Counted from the first letter of the stretch, positions 25,727-35,415 are shown. The stretch is 62,040 nucleotides of DNA from an uncultured Thermoplasmatales archaeon (GCA_964391625.1 CAYMMP010000001.1:1-62040), one strand, 5' to 3'. The notes: generated by a model not told the origin, from the letters alone. A program made the numbers and translations.

Positions 25727-26374
25727 CTAAATCTCAATCACTTTTCCAACACCACCATCAACGTACGTTTCTGGATAGAGGCTTTTCATCTCTTTTTTAT
25801 ATTTGGTGCAGTGACAGGGACATATAAAGTTTAAATCTTTCAAAATTGGAAAGTCATTAAAACCATGTAAACCACCGATTATACCTACTATTTTGCCATA
25901 TTGTTTTGCAGCATTCAGAATTTGTTCAACACCTGGATGGGAGCAACCAACAAGAACATACCAACCTGCCTTGCCTTTAAGAACCAACGATTGTTCATTT
26001 ACAACACCTTCAAGCCTGCCTGTGGTATAAACCCCTTCAGCGACCTCACGAGAATCTGAAACAAAAACAGGTCGTATCTTTCCAGTAAGACGTTGTTTTT
26101 TTAACCGATATAGCTCTACATTACCAACAAGACGTAAAAGCGCTTTTAATCCTCCTTTATGATCCCAATGTTCATGAGAAATTGCGATCTTATTAATGCT
26201 GCTTGGATCTATACTAAGAGCATTCATGTTGTGAATTAAAACCCTGCCTTTTGCCCCGGTGTCAAAAAGAATTGTGTCGTGTGTTGTTTCTATTAAACAA
26301 GAGAAACCCCAATCTGATTTTAAACCCATATCTTTTTTGTATACTTCATTGTCATAAACAATGGTAAGTTTCAT
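25727..26374 (-). CDS. MBL-fold metallo-hydrolase (COG1237-like)
   Basis: MKLTIVYDNE...GFSCLIE...ILFDTG...ISHEHWDHKGG (HxHxDH motif). Confidence 0.8.
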   Translation of the reverse strand: MKLTIVYDNEVYKKDMGLKSDWGFSCLIETTHDTILFDTGAKGRVLIHNMNALSIDPSSINKIAISHEHWDHKGGLKALLRLVGNVELYRLKKQRLTGKIRPVFVSDSREVAEGVYTTGRLEGVVNEQSLVLKGKAGWYVLVGCSHPGVEQILNAAKQYGKIVGIIGGLHGFNDFPILKDLNFICPCHCTKYKKEMKSLYPETYVDGGVGKVIEI

Positions 26375-26395
26375 TTTTTATCCCCATTTTAGGAT

Positions 26396-27568
26396 TCAAT
26401 CCCTAAAATATATCTCCATTCTATCAAAAGCTTTATTTATCGTCTCTTCAGGTACGCAAAACGACAGTCTTAGATGGCTTTGACCTGTTGGTCCAAATGC
26501 AATCCCTGGCGTCGTCGAAACTTTTGCTTCTTTCAAAAGTTTTTTGCAAAACACCGTTGAGTCTTTACCTTCTTTGAGCAATATTTTTGGGAACATCAAA
26601 TAAGAGCCTCTTGGTTTTTGATATTCGAAAACCGAAGCAAGTTCATCAAGCCTCTTGCACATTAAATCACGAGCTGAAAGATAATGATTTCTGAAGTTTA
26701 CGATACAGTCTTGAGGGCCTTTCAATGCTGCAAGTGCTGCATATTGAGAAACCACTGTGGCACAAATGCCAAAAGGAATATGTGCTTTAGTGATCTGTGG
26801 GATTAACGTTTCATCTGCATGCAAATATCCAATTCTCCAACCTGTCATTGCATAGCTCTTAGTAAACGTAAAACAACTAACCGTATTGCTTTTCATTTCT
26901 GGAATTGAAGCTATACTAAAATGTTTATAATGATCATAAGTAAAATATTCATAGGCTTCATCTGTGATGACCATTAAGTTGTTCTCTAGAGCAATATCAG
27001 CTAACTGACGAAGATGTTTCTCTGAGAAAACAGCACCAGCAGGATTACTTGGAGAGCAATACATAATTGCTTTTGTTTTAGACGTTACTGCACTTCTGAT
27101 GGCATCAATATCTAAGGCAAATTCCTCGTCTTCAATCGTTGGAACAAGAATAGGTTTTCCCGAGGCAAGAATAACCTGTTGAATATGAGTAGAATATGTT
27201 GGAGATGGTAAAATAACTTCATCACCAGGATTAACCAATGCCATAACCGCTGCAGACAACCCTTCAACGGCACCGATAGTGACCAATATCTGAGAAGCAT
27301 TAGCATCTATATTGTTGTCATTTTTTAGTTTTTTAACAATCTCTTTTCGTAATTCTAATAGACCTGCATTTTCAGAATATCCGCCAACCAATCCTTTCTT
27401 AATTGCACTAACAGCTGCTTCTTTGATGTGTTCTGGTGTGTCAGAAGTTGGCTTTGCCCAAGACAAAAATGCAACATCCTTAACTTCTTTTGACAATCTT
27501 GTCATTTCATGGATTGCAGATTTCTGTATCTGCATAACTCTGTTGGATATTCTCCAATCTTCTTTCAT
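26396..27568 (-). CDS. Class I/II PLP-dependent aminotransferase (aspartate aminotransferase-like)
   Basis: 390 aa. SPSNPAGAVF, VITDEAYEYF, SFTKSYAMTGWRIGY (PLP-lysine motif), RLSF. Confidence 0.85.
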   Translation of the reverse strand: MKEDWRISNRVMQIQKSAIHEMTRLSKEVKDVAFLSWAKPTSDTPEHIKEAAVSAIKKGLVGGYSENAGLLELRKEIVKKLKNDNNIDANASQILVTIGAVEGLSAAVMALVNPGDEVILPSPTYSTHIQQVILASGKPILVPTIEDEEFALDIDAIRSAVTSKTKAIMYCSPSNPAGAVFSEKHLRQLADIALENNLMVITDEAYEYFTYDHYKHFSIASIPEMKSNTVSCFTFTKSYAMTGWRIGYLHADETLIPQITKAHIPFGICATVVSQYAALAALKGPQDCIVNFRNHYLSARDLMCKRLDELASVFEYQKPRGSYLMFPKILLKEGKDSTVFCKKLLKEAKVSTTPGIAFGPTGQSHLRLSFCVPEETINKAFDRMEIYFRD

Positions 27569-27605
27569 TTTATTTTCCTCCGTTGTATATCACATATACC
27601 TTCTA

Positions 27606-27869
27606 TCAAAACTTTTCATAGTTTGATAATCTTTTATCAATTGTTCCATCTGGGAGCATCCAGTCAGGGTGAGGTTCTCCTTTTTCTTCCATCTGATAAC
27701 GTACGCAATGTTCCCAGTCACTTTTACAATATAACTCAATCCATTTTTTATCTAAATATCCTTTTTCATAGTATGCCTTCATAGGGCACACAGGATACCA
27801 TTTACACTCTTCAGAAGTCATTTTTAACACTGATACCTTTTTATGATTAAAAAATTTAAGAGACATCAT
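27606..27869 (-). CDS. Small conserved-looking Cys-containing protein of unknown function
   Basis: 87 aa with ECKWYPVCPMKAYYEKGYLDKKWIELYCKSDWEHCVRY (4-5 Cys). ATGA-coupled to the IscU-like gene. Confidence 0.4.
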   Translation of the reverse strand: MMSLKFFNHKKVSVLKMTSEECKWYPVCPMKAYYEKGYLDKKWIELYCKSDWEHCVRYQMEEKGEPHPDWMLPDGTIDKRLSNYEKF

Positions 27870-28312
27870 ATCGATCGTCCATCATTTTTTACACGATATT
27901 GTAAGATAGCTTTTTGTAATGCATCAACAGCAAGCTTTGAACAATGTAAATGCTCTTTAGGTAGCCCACCCAGCATATCAGTTAACTTTTCATCGGTAAA
28001 AGCTGCTGCATCTTCGATTGATTTTCCTTTTATCGTCTTTGTTAACATGCTACCACAAGCAACTGTTGCACCGCAACCATCTGTCCAGAAAAGTACATCT
28101 TTTATCGCTTCTTTTTCAATTCTCAATGTTATCTTCATAGTGTCGTTACAAGATCCTTTCACCATTCCAACCGCATCTGGATTTTCAATTACACCAAAAT
28201 TACTGGGATTTCTATATTCTTGAATAACTACTTTGGAGTATGTTGCCTCCTCCTCATTTTCAATTTTTTGTTGGAGCTCTTCGAGCAACTTTTCAAAATC
28301 ATTATCAATCAT
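27866..28312 (-). CDS. IscU/NifU-N-like Fe-S cluster scaffold
   Basis: GSCNDTMKITL..., WTDGCGATVACGS, LHCSKLAVDAL. These are the three canonical scaffold Cys contexts. Confidence 0.8.
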   Translation of the reverse strand: MIDNDFEKLLEELQQKIENEEEATYSKVVIQEYRNPSNFGVIENPDAVGMVKGSCNDTMKITLRIEKEAIKDVLFWTDGCGATVACGSMLTKTIKGKSIEDAAAFTDEKLTDMLGGLPKEHLHCSKLAVDALQKAILQYRVKNDGRSI

Positions 28313-29174
28313 GACTCTGCAAAACCTCCTGAACTCTATTCCACATTTCTTTTATCTCATGGGATAACTCACTATCTGAAAACTCAACAATACTCTGCTC
28401 GTGAATCATAGCCTCCGTCATAATCGTATCATATGGGAGCCTGCCTACAATCGGTATGCCATTGTCCCTACAATACTCCTCGATTTTTTTAGTGTTTTCA
28501 GGGTTAATAGTAGATTTATTAACACACACAGTAGCAGGAATTCCAAAATGTTTTGCCACACCAAATACACGTTCCAAGTCATGAATCGCAGATAATGTCG
28601 GCTCTGTAACAACCAAAACCAGGTCAACTCCTGTTAAAGCAGAAATTACTGGACAACCGATACCAGGTGGACCGTCTATTATAATCAAATCTTTATCTTT
28701 TTCTTCTGCTAACTTTTTTGCATTTTCCCTAACAACTGTTACAAGTTTACCAGAGGATTCCTCAGCTGTATTTAGAACAGCATGAGCCATAGGCCCAAAA
28801 CGAGTCTCAGAGACATAGGAAAATCCAGAATCCCTCTCAACCATTTTAATGGCATTAGCTGGACAAACATATGCACAAACTCCACAACCTTCACAGGATT
28901 CCTTGATTAGTTTTATATCATTAGTGATTGCATCAAATTTACATGAATCGAAACATTCTTTGCAATCAATACATCTATCTTTATCAATATCTGCAATATT
29001 CAGCCCGTGAAATCCCATAGTTTTTTTAATCTCTGGTTTAAGGATAAGGTGGAGGTCAGCAGCATCTACGTCACAATCAGCTAGGACAGCATTCTTGGCA
29101 AGAGATGCAAATGCTGCAGTAATAGAGGTTTTGCCTGTTCCACCTTTACCGCTGATTATTGTAATTTGCTTCAT
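28305..29174 (-). CDS. MinD/ParA/CooC-like P-loop ATPase with inserted 2x[4Fe-4S] ferredoxin domain
   Basis: ISGKGGTGKTS (deviant Walker A), CIDCKECFDSC, CEGCGVCAYVCP, IIDGPPGIGCPV. Confidence 0.8.
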   Translation of the reverse strand: MKQITIISGKGGTGKTSITAAFASLAKNAVLADCDVDAADLHLILKPEIKKTMGFHGLNIADIDKDRCIDCKECFDSCKFDAITNDIKLIKESCEGCGVCAYVCPANAIKMVERDSGFSYVSETRFGPMAHAVLNTAEESSGKLVTVVRENAKKLAEEKDKDLIIIDGPPGIGCPVISALTGVDLVLVVTEPTLSAIHDLERVFGVAKHFGIPATVCVNKSTINPENTKKIEEYCRDNGIPIVGRLPYDTIMTEAMIHEQSIVEFSDSELSHEIKEMWNRVQEVLQSHD

Positions 29175-30019
29175 TTGCTCACCTCTTCTTTTATTTTATT
29201 AAAAACTAGTCCAAACAGTTCATGCCACTCATAAACCTCATTTACCAGAGCAATACCCTTTGAATAAAGATGCGCAATCTGTTTTCTTTCTGGAATTTTC
29301 AAAAGAATAGGTATATTTTCAGTCTGACAATACATCTCAACTTTTTTATCGCCAATACCATCGCGATTAATAATTACTCCAAATGGAATATTTAAATGTC
29401 TTACCACTTCAACAGCAAGTTTAAGATCATGAAGGCCAAATGGAGTGGGTTCAGTGACAAGAATACAATAATCTGATACATTTATTGACTCGATAACTGG
29501 GCAGGACGTGCCTGGAGGAGAATCAATGATAACATTTTTGCTTTTGTCTATCTTTCTTTTTAAAGATTTAATTACTGGTATCGCCTGCATCTCTCCAACA
29601 TCTAATAACCCTTGGTAAAAATCAATCCCATCATGTCTTCCATGCTCAACTTTACCAATTGTACGCTCATTCCAACTTATTGCTTTCTTTGGACAAACTA
29701 ATTCACATCCTCCACATGAATGACACAGCTCAGGGAAAACAAGAGCATTTGAAGGAACGATAGCAATAGCATTATATGCACAAAATTTAGAACATTTGCC
29801 ACAGAAGTCGCATTTTGTTTTGTCAATTTCAGGATAACTAACTGTAACATCTTCAGATTTGTCGATTTTTGCCTTTAGAAAAATATTTGCATTTGGCTCC
29901 TCAACATCACAATCAATAAACTGAGCATGCCCAATACTTAAGGCTAGATTCGTAGCCACAGTTGTCTTCCCAGTTCCACCTTTTCCACTTGCAACTGAAA
30001 TTATCATCTTCTCACTCAA
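29171..30019 (-). CDS. MinD/ParA/CooC-like P-loop ATPase with inserted 2x[4Fe-4S] ferredoxin domain (paralog)
   Basis: ASGKGGTGKTT, CDFCGKCSKFC, CHSCGGCELVCP, IIDSPPGTSCPV. ATGA overlap with the downstream paralog. Confidence 0.8.
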   Translation of the reverse strand: MSEKMIISVASGKGGTGKTTVATNLALSIGHAQFIDCDVEEPNANIFLKAKIDKSEDVTVSYPEIDKTKCDFCGKCSKFCAYNAIAIVPSNALVFPELCHSCGGCELVCPKKAISWNERTIGKVEHGRHDGIDFYQGLLDVGEMQAIPVIKSLKRKIDKSKNVIIDSPPGTSCPVIESINVSDYCILVTEPTPFGLHDLKLAVEVVRHLNIPFGVIINRDGIGDKKVEMYCQTENIPILLKIPERKQIAHLYSKGIALVNEVYEWHELFGLVFNKIKEEVSK

Positions 30020-30029
30020 TGGTAGTGTC

Positions 30030-30119
30030 CTAACTCAGATGCTCACTTGTATCTGGAACCGCGTTAATCTCGTTTGTATCAAGATCTACTATGTTGTAAG
30101 CTGACACACATATTTTCAT
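30030..30119 (-). pseudogene. 29-codon relic resembling a collapsed NifX/NifB-C-like gene
   Basis: MKICVSAYNIVDLDTNEINAVPDTSEHLS*. The start (MKI.VSA) and the IVDLDTNE segment mimic the neighbouring NifX-like protein (MKIGITS...FIIVDTESME), but ~90 residues are missing. Confidence 0.25.
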
Positions 30120-30124
30120 AGATT

Positions 30125-30493
30125 TTATCGCCCCATCCCAGAGTGGCTTCCAACATTCGGGTTTTCTGTTTCTTCAAATTCTCCTTTTTTGTATTTTTCA
30201 ATTACCTCTCTTACTGTTCCACTTGCTCCTGTATATATCCGTATACCTGCTGCTGATAAGGTTTGAAATGCATTAGGTCCAACATTACCAGTTATAATTG
30301 CTTCTATTCCCTTATTCGCAATTGTTTGAGCTGCTTGAACCCCAGCCCCGCCAGAAGCCATTACATTTTCATTTGAAAGAGTTTCAAATTCCATAGATTC
30401 CGTATCAACAATAATGAAGTATCTGCATCTTCCAAACCTTTGATCGATATTTGCATCTAAATTTTCACCCATAGATGTTATTCCAATTTTCAT
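30125..30493 (-). CDS. NifX/NifB-C-terminal-like (dinitrogenase FeMo-cofactor-binding fold) protein
   Basis: MKIGITSMGENLDANIDQRFGRCRYFIIVDTESMEFE...GAGVQAAQTIANKGIEAIITGNVGPNAF. ATG 30493 is preceded by GGTGA. The track extension to 30541 overlaps the upstream gene. Confidence 0.8.
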   Translation of the reverse strand: MKIGITSMGENLDANIDQRFGRCRYFIIVDTESMEFETLSNENVMASGGAGVQAAQTIANKGIEAIITGNVGPNAFQTLSAAGIRIYTGASGTVREVIEKYKKGEFEETENPNVGSHSGMGR

Positions 30494-30504
30494 ATTTTCA
30501 CCTT

Positions 30505-30960
30505 TTATGCTCTTGTCATGGGTGCTCCACACTTTGGACATTTTCTATCATAGCAAGGAACACCTAATTGATGAGGCTCTCTATGCCCACAATTCGGACA
30601 AAGACAGTCTCCACCGGGTCCACTGGCAAATCCGCCACCATGGCCGCGACCTCTTCCTCTCATTTGAGGGGCCATACTATATTCACCTCCTTCAATTTTA
30701 ATTGCTTTGCCGTTCGCAATGCTACCAGCTATTTTTTTCCTAGCAGATAACAAAAGACGATGAAAAGTTGGCTGCGAGATGTCCATCATCTCAGCACATT
30801 CTTTTTGTTCTAAACCTTCTAGATCCTTTAATCTTACAGCTTCAAATTCACCTACCGTCAAAACATTTTCATCAAGATCAACTGTCCTGACTCCTGCCGG
30901 TTTAAAGTAGGTAAAACTTGGCATAAAGCCAACCCTTCTACGACGTCTTGGTCTCGGCAT
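30505..30960 (-). CDS. DUF134 (UPF0251) putative DNA-binding protein with RG-rich linker and C-terminal zinc ribbon
   Basis: MPRPRRRRRVGFMP..FKPAG...EFEAVRLKDLEGLEQKECAEMMDISQPTFHRLLLSARKKIA...IEGGEY, then RGRGRGHGGGF, then CPNCGH...CPKCG. Confidence 0.75.
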   Translation of the reverse strand: MPRPRRRRRVGFMPSFTYFKPAGVRTVDLDENVLTVGEFEAVRLKDLEGLEQKECAEMMDISQPTFHRLLLSARKKIAGSIANGKAIKIEGGEYSMAPQMRGRGRGHGGGFASGPGGDCLCPNCGHREPHQLGVPCYDRKCPKCGAPMTRA

Positions 30961-31012
30961 TTTCTATACACAAACCTCTAAAAATTAAGAAAAGTAAAGA
31001 GTTTTTAGACAC

Positions 31013-31360
31013 TCATTCCTTTTCTTTAGAAAGTTCTTTAATTCGTTCTTTTACCGAGTTTATCTCTTCTTCTAGGCCTTTGATAATATTTTCAAGAGAT
31101 TTTTTTTCTTCTTCTTTATTTGGCTCTCTGTAGGCATCTCCATAATATGGTGTTGGCCCATAGTAAGGATCTGGATAGTAACCTCTATGCCAAAATCCTC
31201 TGCCACGTCCCCAGTATCCTCGGCCGAAACCTCTACCAAAACCTCGTCCAAAGCCTCCACCTCTTGTAAAACCTGGACTATCGTATCCTGCGCAGTACCC
31301 AAATGCTCTTCCGGTCCTTGATCCTCGACCTTCTGGTCCTGTTCTATCGCCACCTGGCAT
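31013..31360 (-). CDS. DUF5320-like protein (RG/Y-rich low-complexity N-terminal part, C-terminal coiled coil)
   Basis: MPGGDRTGPEGRGSRTGRAFGYCAGY...GGGFGRGFGRGFGRGYWGRGRGFW..., then EEEKKSLENIIKGLEEEINSVKERIKELSKEKE. Confidence 0.65.
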   Translation of the reverse strand: MPGGDRTGPEGRGSRTGRAFGYCAGYDSPGFTRGGGFGRGFGRGFGRGYWGRGRGFWHRGYYPDPYYGPTPYYGDAYREPNKEEEKKSLENIIKGLEEEINSVKERIKELSKEKE

Positions 31361-31364
31361 AATT

Positions 31365-32198
31365 CTATTTCACCTCCTTTTTATCATTTTTTTCAATATT
31401 TTTTACAATTCCCTCTGTTATTGCCTCAAAGGCTTTAACAGTGTCAGATGTTGAATCCTCATTCATAAAAGATACTCCAGAGTCCCCAGACTCAACAATC
31501 TTTGGATCCAGAGGAATCTTTCCCAGAAAAGGAATATTAAAATCTTTTGAAGTTTTTAACCCTCCATCTTTTTTAAATATGTCAATTGTCTTGTTGCAAT
31601 GAGGGCATGTAAATCCACTCATATTCTCAACAATTCCAATAACCGGTGTGTTCATCTGTTTAACAAAATTAATTGATTTTCGTACACTTAATAGTGCAAC
31701 ATCCTGAGGAGTTGTAACTATAACAGCCCCATCGCTGTTTGGAATGAGTTGTGCAATGCTTAATGGCTCGTCACCGGTTCCAGGAGGTAGATCTACTATA
31801 AGATAGTCAAGGTCGCCCCAGTTAAAATCGCTGATAAATTGTTTTATGGCAGTCATTTTCAATGGTCCGCGCCAAATAACCGGAGAATCTCTGTCTTGTA
31901 GTAGAAAACCCATAGACATAACCTTTAGTTTCGGTGAAACCAAAACAGGTTCTATGCCATTTTCTGTAGACATTGGTCTTTTATCTTCAATACCTAATAT
32001 TTTTGGTATACTTGGCCCATGGATATCACAGTCCATCAATCCAACATTATATCCATTTTGCACTAATGAAAGAGCGACATTTGCTGAAACTGTGCTTTTT
32101 CCAACTCCACCTTTACCGCTCAATACGAATATCTTATGCTTTATTTTTCCAAGATTCTTGGTTATTTTTTGTTCGATTTCAATATTTTTTGGTTGCAT
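31365..32198 (-). CDS. mrp: Mrp/NBP35/ApbC-family Fe-S cluster carrier ATPase
   Basis: [39 protein letters not shown] (CxxC bridging-cluster motif). Confidence 0.85.
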   Translation of the reverse strand: MQPKNIEIEQKITKNLGKIKHKIFVLSGKGGVGKSTVSANVALSLVQNGYNVGLMDCDIHGPSIPKILGIEDKRPMSTENGIEPVLVSPKLKVMSMGFLLQDRDSPVIWRGPLKMTAIKQFISDFNWGDLDYLIVDLPPGTGDEPLSIAQLIPNSDGAVIVTTPQDVALLSVRKSINFVKQMNTPVIGIVENMSGFTCPHCNKTIDIFKKDGGLKTSKDFNIPFLGKIPLDPKIVESGDSGVSFMNEDSTSDTVKAFEAITEGIVKNIEKNDKKEVK

Positions 32199-32260
32199 GT
32201 TTTGAATATATATTCATAACTACTATTTAAAAATTGTGGAAATATCAGAAAAATTGCAAT

Positions 32261-32623
32261 CTATTTTACAGATTTAGTTGCTATAATATCAATTTTAGTT
32301 TCAGCTACATTCTTAATTATTACTTGACCTATCTTCACTGGTGCTTTAACCTTGGTATTTCTAATTATTTTTAAAACATCAAAAATCTTATTTTTTGGAA
32401 TCGGCTTTGATGTTTTTACACTAACTAAAGGCCATTCACCATTACTAACTAATACTGAAGATGTTAAAACACGACGAGGGTCAAGTACCTCAGATCGGGC
32501 ATACCCTATGCCTCTTTTACATTTGTACCCATCAATTTTTTTAATATTTGTACCATCCATTCTAACAAAAATCTTACAGCCAATTGGACAAACGATACAG
32601 GTAATTTCTTTCTCAACCATCAA
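32261..32623 (-). CDS. DUF1667-family small Cys protein (third subunit of GlpA-like module)
   Basis: 120 aa with ITCIVCPIGCKI...YKCKRG. It occupies the typical position after the two flavoproteins. Confidence 0.55.
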   Translation of the reverse strand: MMVEKEITCIVCPIGCKIFVRMDGTNIKKIDGYKCKRGIGYARSEVLDPRRVLTSSVLVSNGEWPLVSVKTSKPIPKNKIFDVLKIIRNTKVKAPVKIGQVIIKNVAETKIDIIATKSVK

Positions 32624-33848
32624 TTGAAACCTCCAAATCCTTTTTGGAATTAATCATTTTGTCAGAGATATCCACATTGATCTCAACCATATTGGCAGGA
32701 TTTACCCAGCGAAGCTTCTTTTTAAAGATTTCATCTCCGCCGGACTTAACATAAAATGTCACATTTTGCATTGGCTTTTCAACGCGTAGAGTAAATCTAG
32801 TAGTTCCTTTCTTTGTAATCTTCTGAGGAACAACATATCTAACATCCTTACCTGATTTGACCTTGAGGCCATCATTCTTAGATTTCCAAGTTACAGCATA
32901 TTTTCCAGCATGCTTTGCACCAACTGCTAGAGCGTCTACTGTATCATAAACCTGCAGACAATTTCCACAAGCAAAAACACCAGATATGGATGTCATATAG
33001 TCCTGATCTACAACAGGTCCGCCAGTGATATTATCCAATTCGATACCAGCACCTTTTGATAGTTCATTCTCAGGTATTAGGCCTAATGAGAGAAGAAGGG
33101 TATCACACTTAATTTCCTGTTTGGTCTCAGGGAGAATATTCATATTTTTGCCGACCTGAGCAATAGTTACACTTTCCAAACGCTCTCTACCTTTAATGCA
33201 TGTTATAGTATGATTCAAGAACATTGGGATGTCATAGTCGTCCAAACATTGAACTACATTACGAGGTAAACCGCTAGCATAAGGCAAAATCTCCACAACA
33301 CCTAGAACGTTTGCACCTTCTAATTTTAGACGTCTTGCCATTATTAGTCCGACATCTCCTGAGCCTAAAATCACCACGTTTTTCCCTGGTAAAATGTTGT
33401 AAAGATTGATAAAAGCCTGGGCGACTCCAGCTGTAAAAATGCCACTTGGTCTATCGCCTGGGATCAATACATTCCATCTTGTTTTTTCCCTACATCCCAT
33501 AGCTAAGATAATGGATTTAGTCTTGATCTTATGCAATCCTTTCTTATTCACTGCAGTTATCTCTAGTTTTTTGTTGAACTCCAAAACCATTGTTTCATTC
33601 CAAACATCTATGGCCTGCTTCTTTACGGCATTGGTGTACATGTTCGCGTATTCTGGTCCAGTCATTGAAATACCGGTTTCCTCAACTCCAAAACCGTCAT
33701 GGATACATTGAGGTAGTATACCACCAAGCCAACTATTTCTATCCAAGATTAATGCATCTTTTGCACCGTTTTCCCGTGCAGATACAGCTGCTGCCAGACC
33801 TGCAGGACCACCGCCAATGACTGCTACATCGACACTATGCTCAATCAT
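32613..33848 (-). CDS. FAD/NAD(P)-binding pyridine nucleotide-disulfide oxidoreductase family protein
   Basis: VDVAVIGGGPAGLAAAV and VVILGSGDVGLIMA (two Rossmann GxGxxG motifs), FACGNC. The start is taken at M10 (33848). Confidence 0.75.
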   Translation of the reverse strand: MIEHSVDVAVIGGGPAGLAAAVSARENGAKDALILDRNSWLGGILPQCIHDGFGVEETGISMTGPEYANMYTNAVKKQAIDVWNETMVLEFNKKLEITAVNKKGLHKIKTKSIILAMGCREKTRWNVLIPGDRPSGIFTAGVAQAFINLYNILPGKNVVILGSGDVGLIMARRLKLEGANVLGVVEILPYASGLPRNVVQCLDDYDIPMFLNHTITCIKGRERLESVTIAQVGKNMNILPETKQEIKCDTLLLSLGLIPENELSKGAGIELDNITGGPVVDQDYMTSISGVFACGNCLQVYDTVDALAVGAKHAGKYAVTWKSKNDGLKVKSGKDVRYVVPQKITKKGTTRFTLRVEKPMQNVTFYVKSGGDEIFKKKLRWVNPANMVEINVDISDKMINSKKDLEVSIDG

Positions 33849-35292
33849 TTTTAACCTCACGAGTTCTACCCACAAATAGATAAGATTCAGGTGATTTCAA
33901 ATTAATGTCCTTGACATCCACATTGAATTTTTCTTCCATTATCCTTACAATATGTTGTGTACAAAAACCTCCCTGACATCTACCCATTCCTGCCCTGCAT
34001 CTATACTTTACAGAAGAAAGGGTTTTGGCGCCTAATGGGTTTGAGAGAGCATCAATTACTTCCTTTTCAGTTATATGCTCACACCTGCAAACTATTCGCC
34101 CCCACCTTGAGTCTTTTTTGATTAGTTTGGATTGCTCTTCTTTCGACAGTTCATTAAATCGTTTGCCTTGTTTCTTTACTTTAAAACCAGTTTTTTCTTT
34201 TAAATCAAAATGCTTTGAAACTAATTCTGTGACATATTTTGCAATTGCAGGCGCAGCAGTAAGACCTGGCGATTCGATGCCTAAAAGATTGATTAAACCA
34301 GGTGTTTGTTTGCTTTCTTCAATTCTGTAATCTGCCCATCTACCTTCTTCAGGCGATGCAAGCTTACATCTTGTTCCAGAATAGGCGCTTATAACACCTT
34401 TATCAGGGATTGAGGGGATAATTTTTTTTGCTTCGATCAATAACTGGTTCATCATCTCTTTTGTTGTTTTTTTATCTTCTGGATCCTCTATGAACTCTGC
34501 ACTTGGACCAAGAAGAATATTTCCCTCAATTGTTGGAGTGATATGAACACCAAGAACATCAACTTCCCTGGGCGGAATAGGATAAATCATGGACGATACT
34601 AGATTGTTGTAGTTTTTATCTAAGATTAGATATTCTCCCCTACAAGGATAAATATTGAAATCTGGCTTTTCCAGCATTGATACAATGTTTCTGCAGTTCA
34701 AGCCAGCTGCATTTACAATTATATTTGATTTGAATTCCCCTTTGTTTGTTTTTATTAGGAACGTTTCGTTTTGTTTCTTTATACCAACTACTTCTGTTTC
34801 TAATAAGAATTCTACATTGTTTATTGCAGCATTCTCTGCAAAGGCTATTGTCATTTGGTATGGCGAAACAATACCTGCTGTTGGAACCCACAGTGCTGCT
34901 TCACAGGGCACATTTGGTTCGTTAATCTCTGTTTTTATTTCTAGGTTAGGTACTCCGTTTTGTTCTCCCACTTGTTTTAATTTTTTAAGTTCTTTAATTT
35001 CTTCGTTGTTTCTTGCTATAACGTATTTTCCTGTGAATTTTACTGAAAAACCTAGCTGATCCGATAGCTGTTGGAAAAGTTGGTTTCCTTCTACACAGAA
35101 TTTTGCCTTTAATGAAGTAGGTCTTGAGTTTATTCCACTGTGTACGACTCCACTGTTTGCCTTACTTGTTCCAGAGGCTACATCAGACCCTTTTTCAAAA
35201 ACAATTGTGTTTAGTTTATATCTAGATAACTCCCATGCAATAGTAGAGCCTATGATGCCTCCTCCGATGATTGCTACATGGAAGTTTTTCAT
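33841..35292 (-). CDS. FAD-dependent dehydrogenase, GlpA/glycerol-3-phosphate dehydrogenase-like, with BFD-like [2Fe-2S] domain
   Basis: FHVAIIGGGIIGSTIAWELS (DAO-type FAD motif). C-terminal CRCEHITEKEVIDAL...CRAGMGRCQGGFC. Confidence 0.7.
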   Translation of the reverse strand: MKNFHVAIIGGGIIGSTIAWELSRYKLNTIVFEKGSDVASGTSKANSGVVHSGINSRPTSLKAKFCVEGNQLFQQLSDQLGFSVKFTGKYVIARNNEEIKELKKLKQVGEQNGVPNLEIKTEINEPNVPCEAALWVPTAGIVSPYQMTIAFAENAAINNVEFLLETEVVGIKKQNETFLIKTNKGEFKSNIIVNAAGLNCRNIVSMLEKPDFNIYPCRGEYLILDKNYNNLVSSMIYPIPPREVDVLGVHITPTIEGNILLGPSAEFIEDPEDKKTTKEMMNQLLIEAKKIIPSIPDKGVISAYSGTRCKLASPEEGRWADYRIEESKQTPGLINLLGIESPGLTAAPAIAKYVTELVSKHFDLKEKTGFKVKKQGKRFNELSKEEQSKLIKKDSRWGRIVCRCEHITEKEVIDALSNPLGAKTLSSVKYRCRAGMGRCQGGFCTQHIVRIMEEKFNVDVKDINLKSPESYLFVGRTREVKND

Positions 35293-35415
35293 CTGTCTCG
35301 AGAATATAAAGTATAATATAAATATATTAGGAAGTTTGTATGATAGTACATTACTTCATTTTTGTGTCACTTTGATACGTAAACTATTAATTATTCAAAT
35401 CTAACTCTTTATTTT

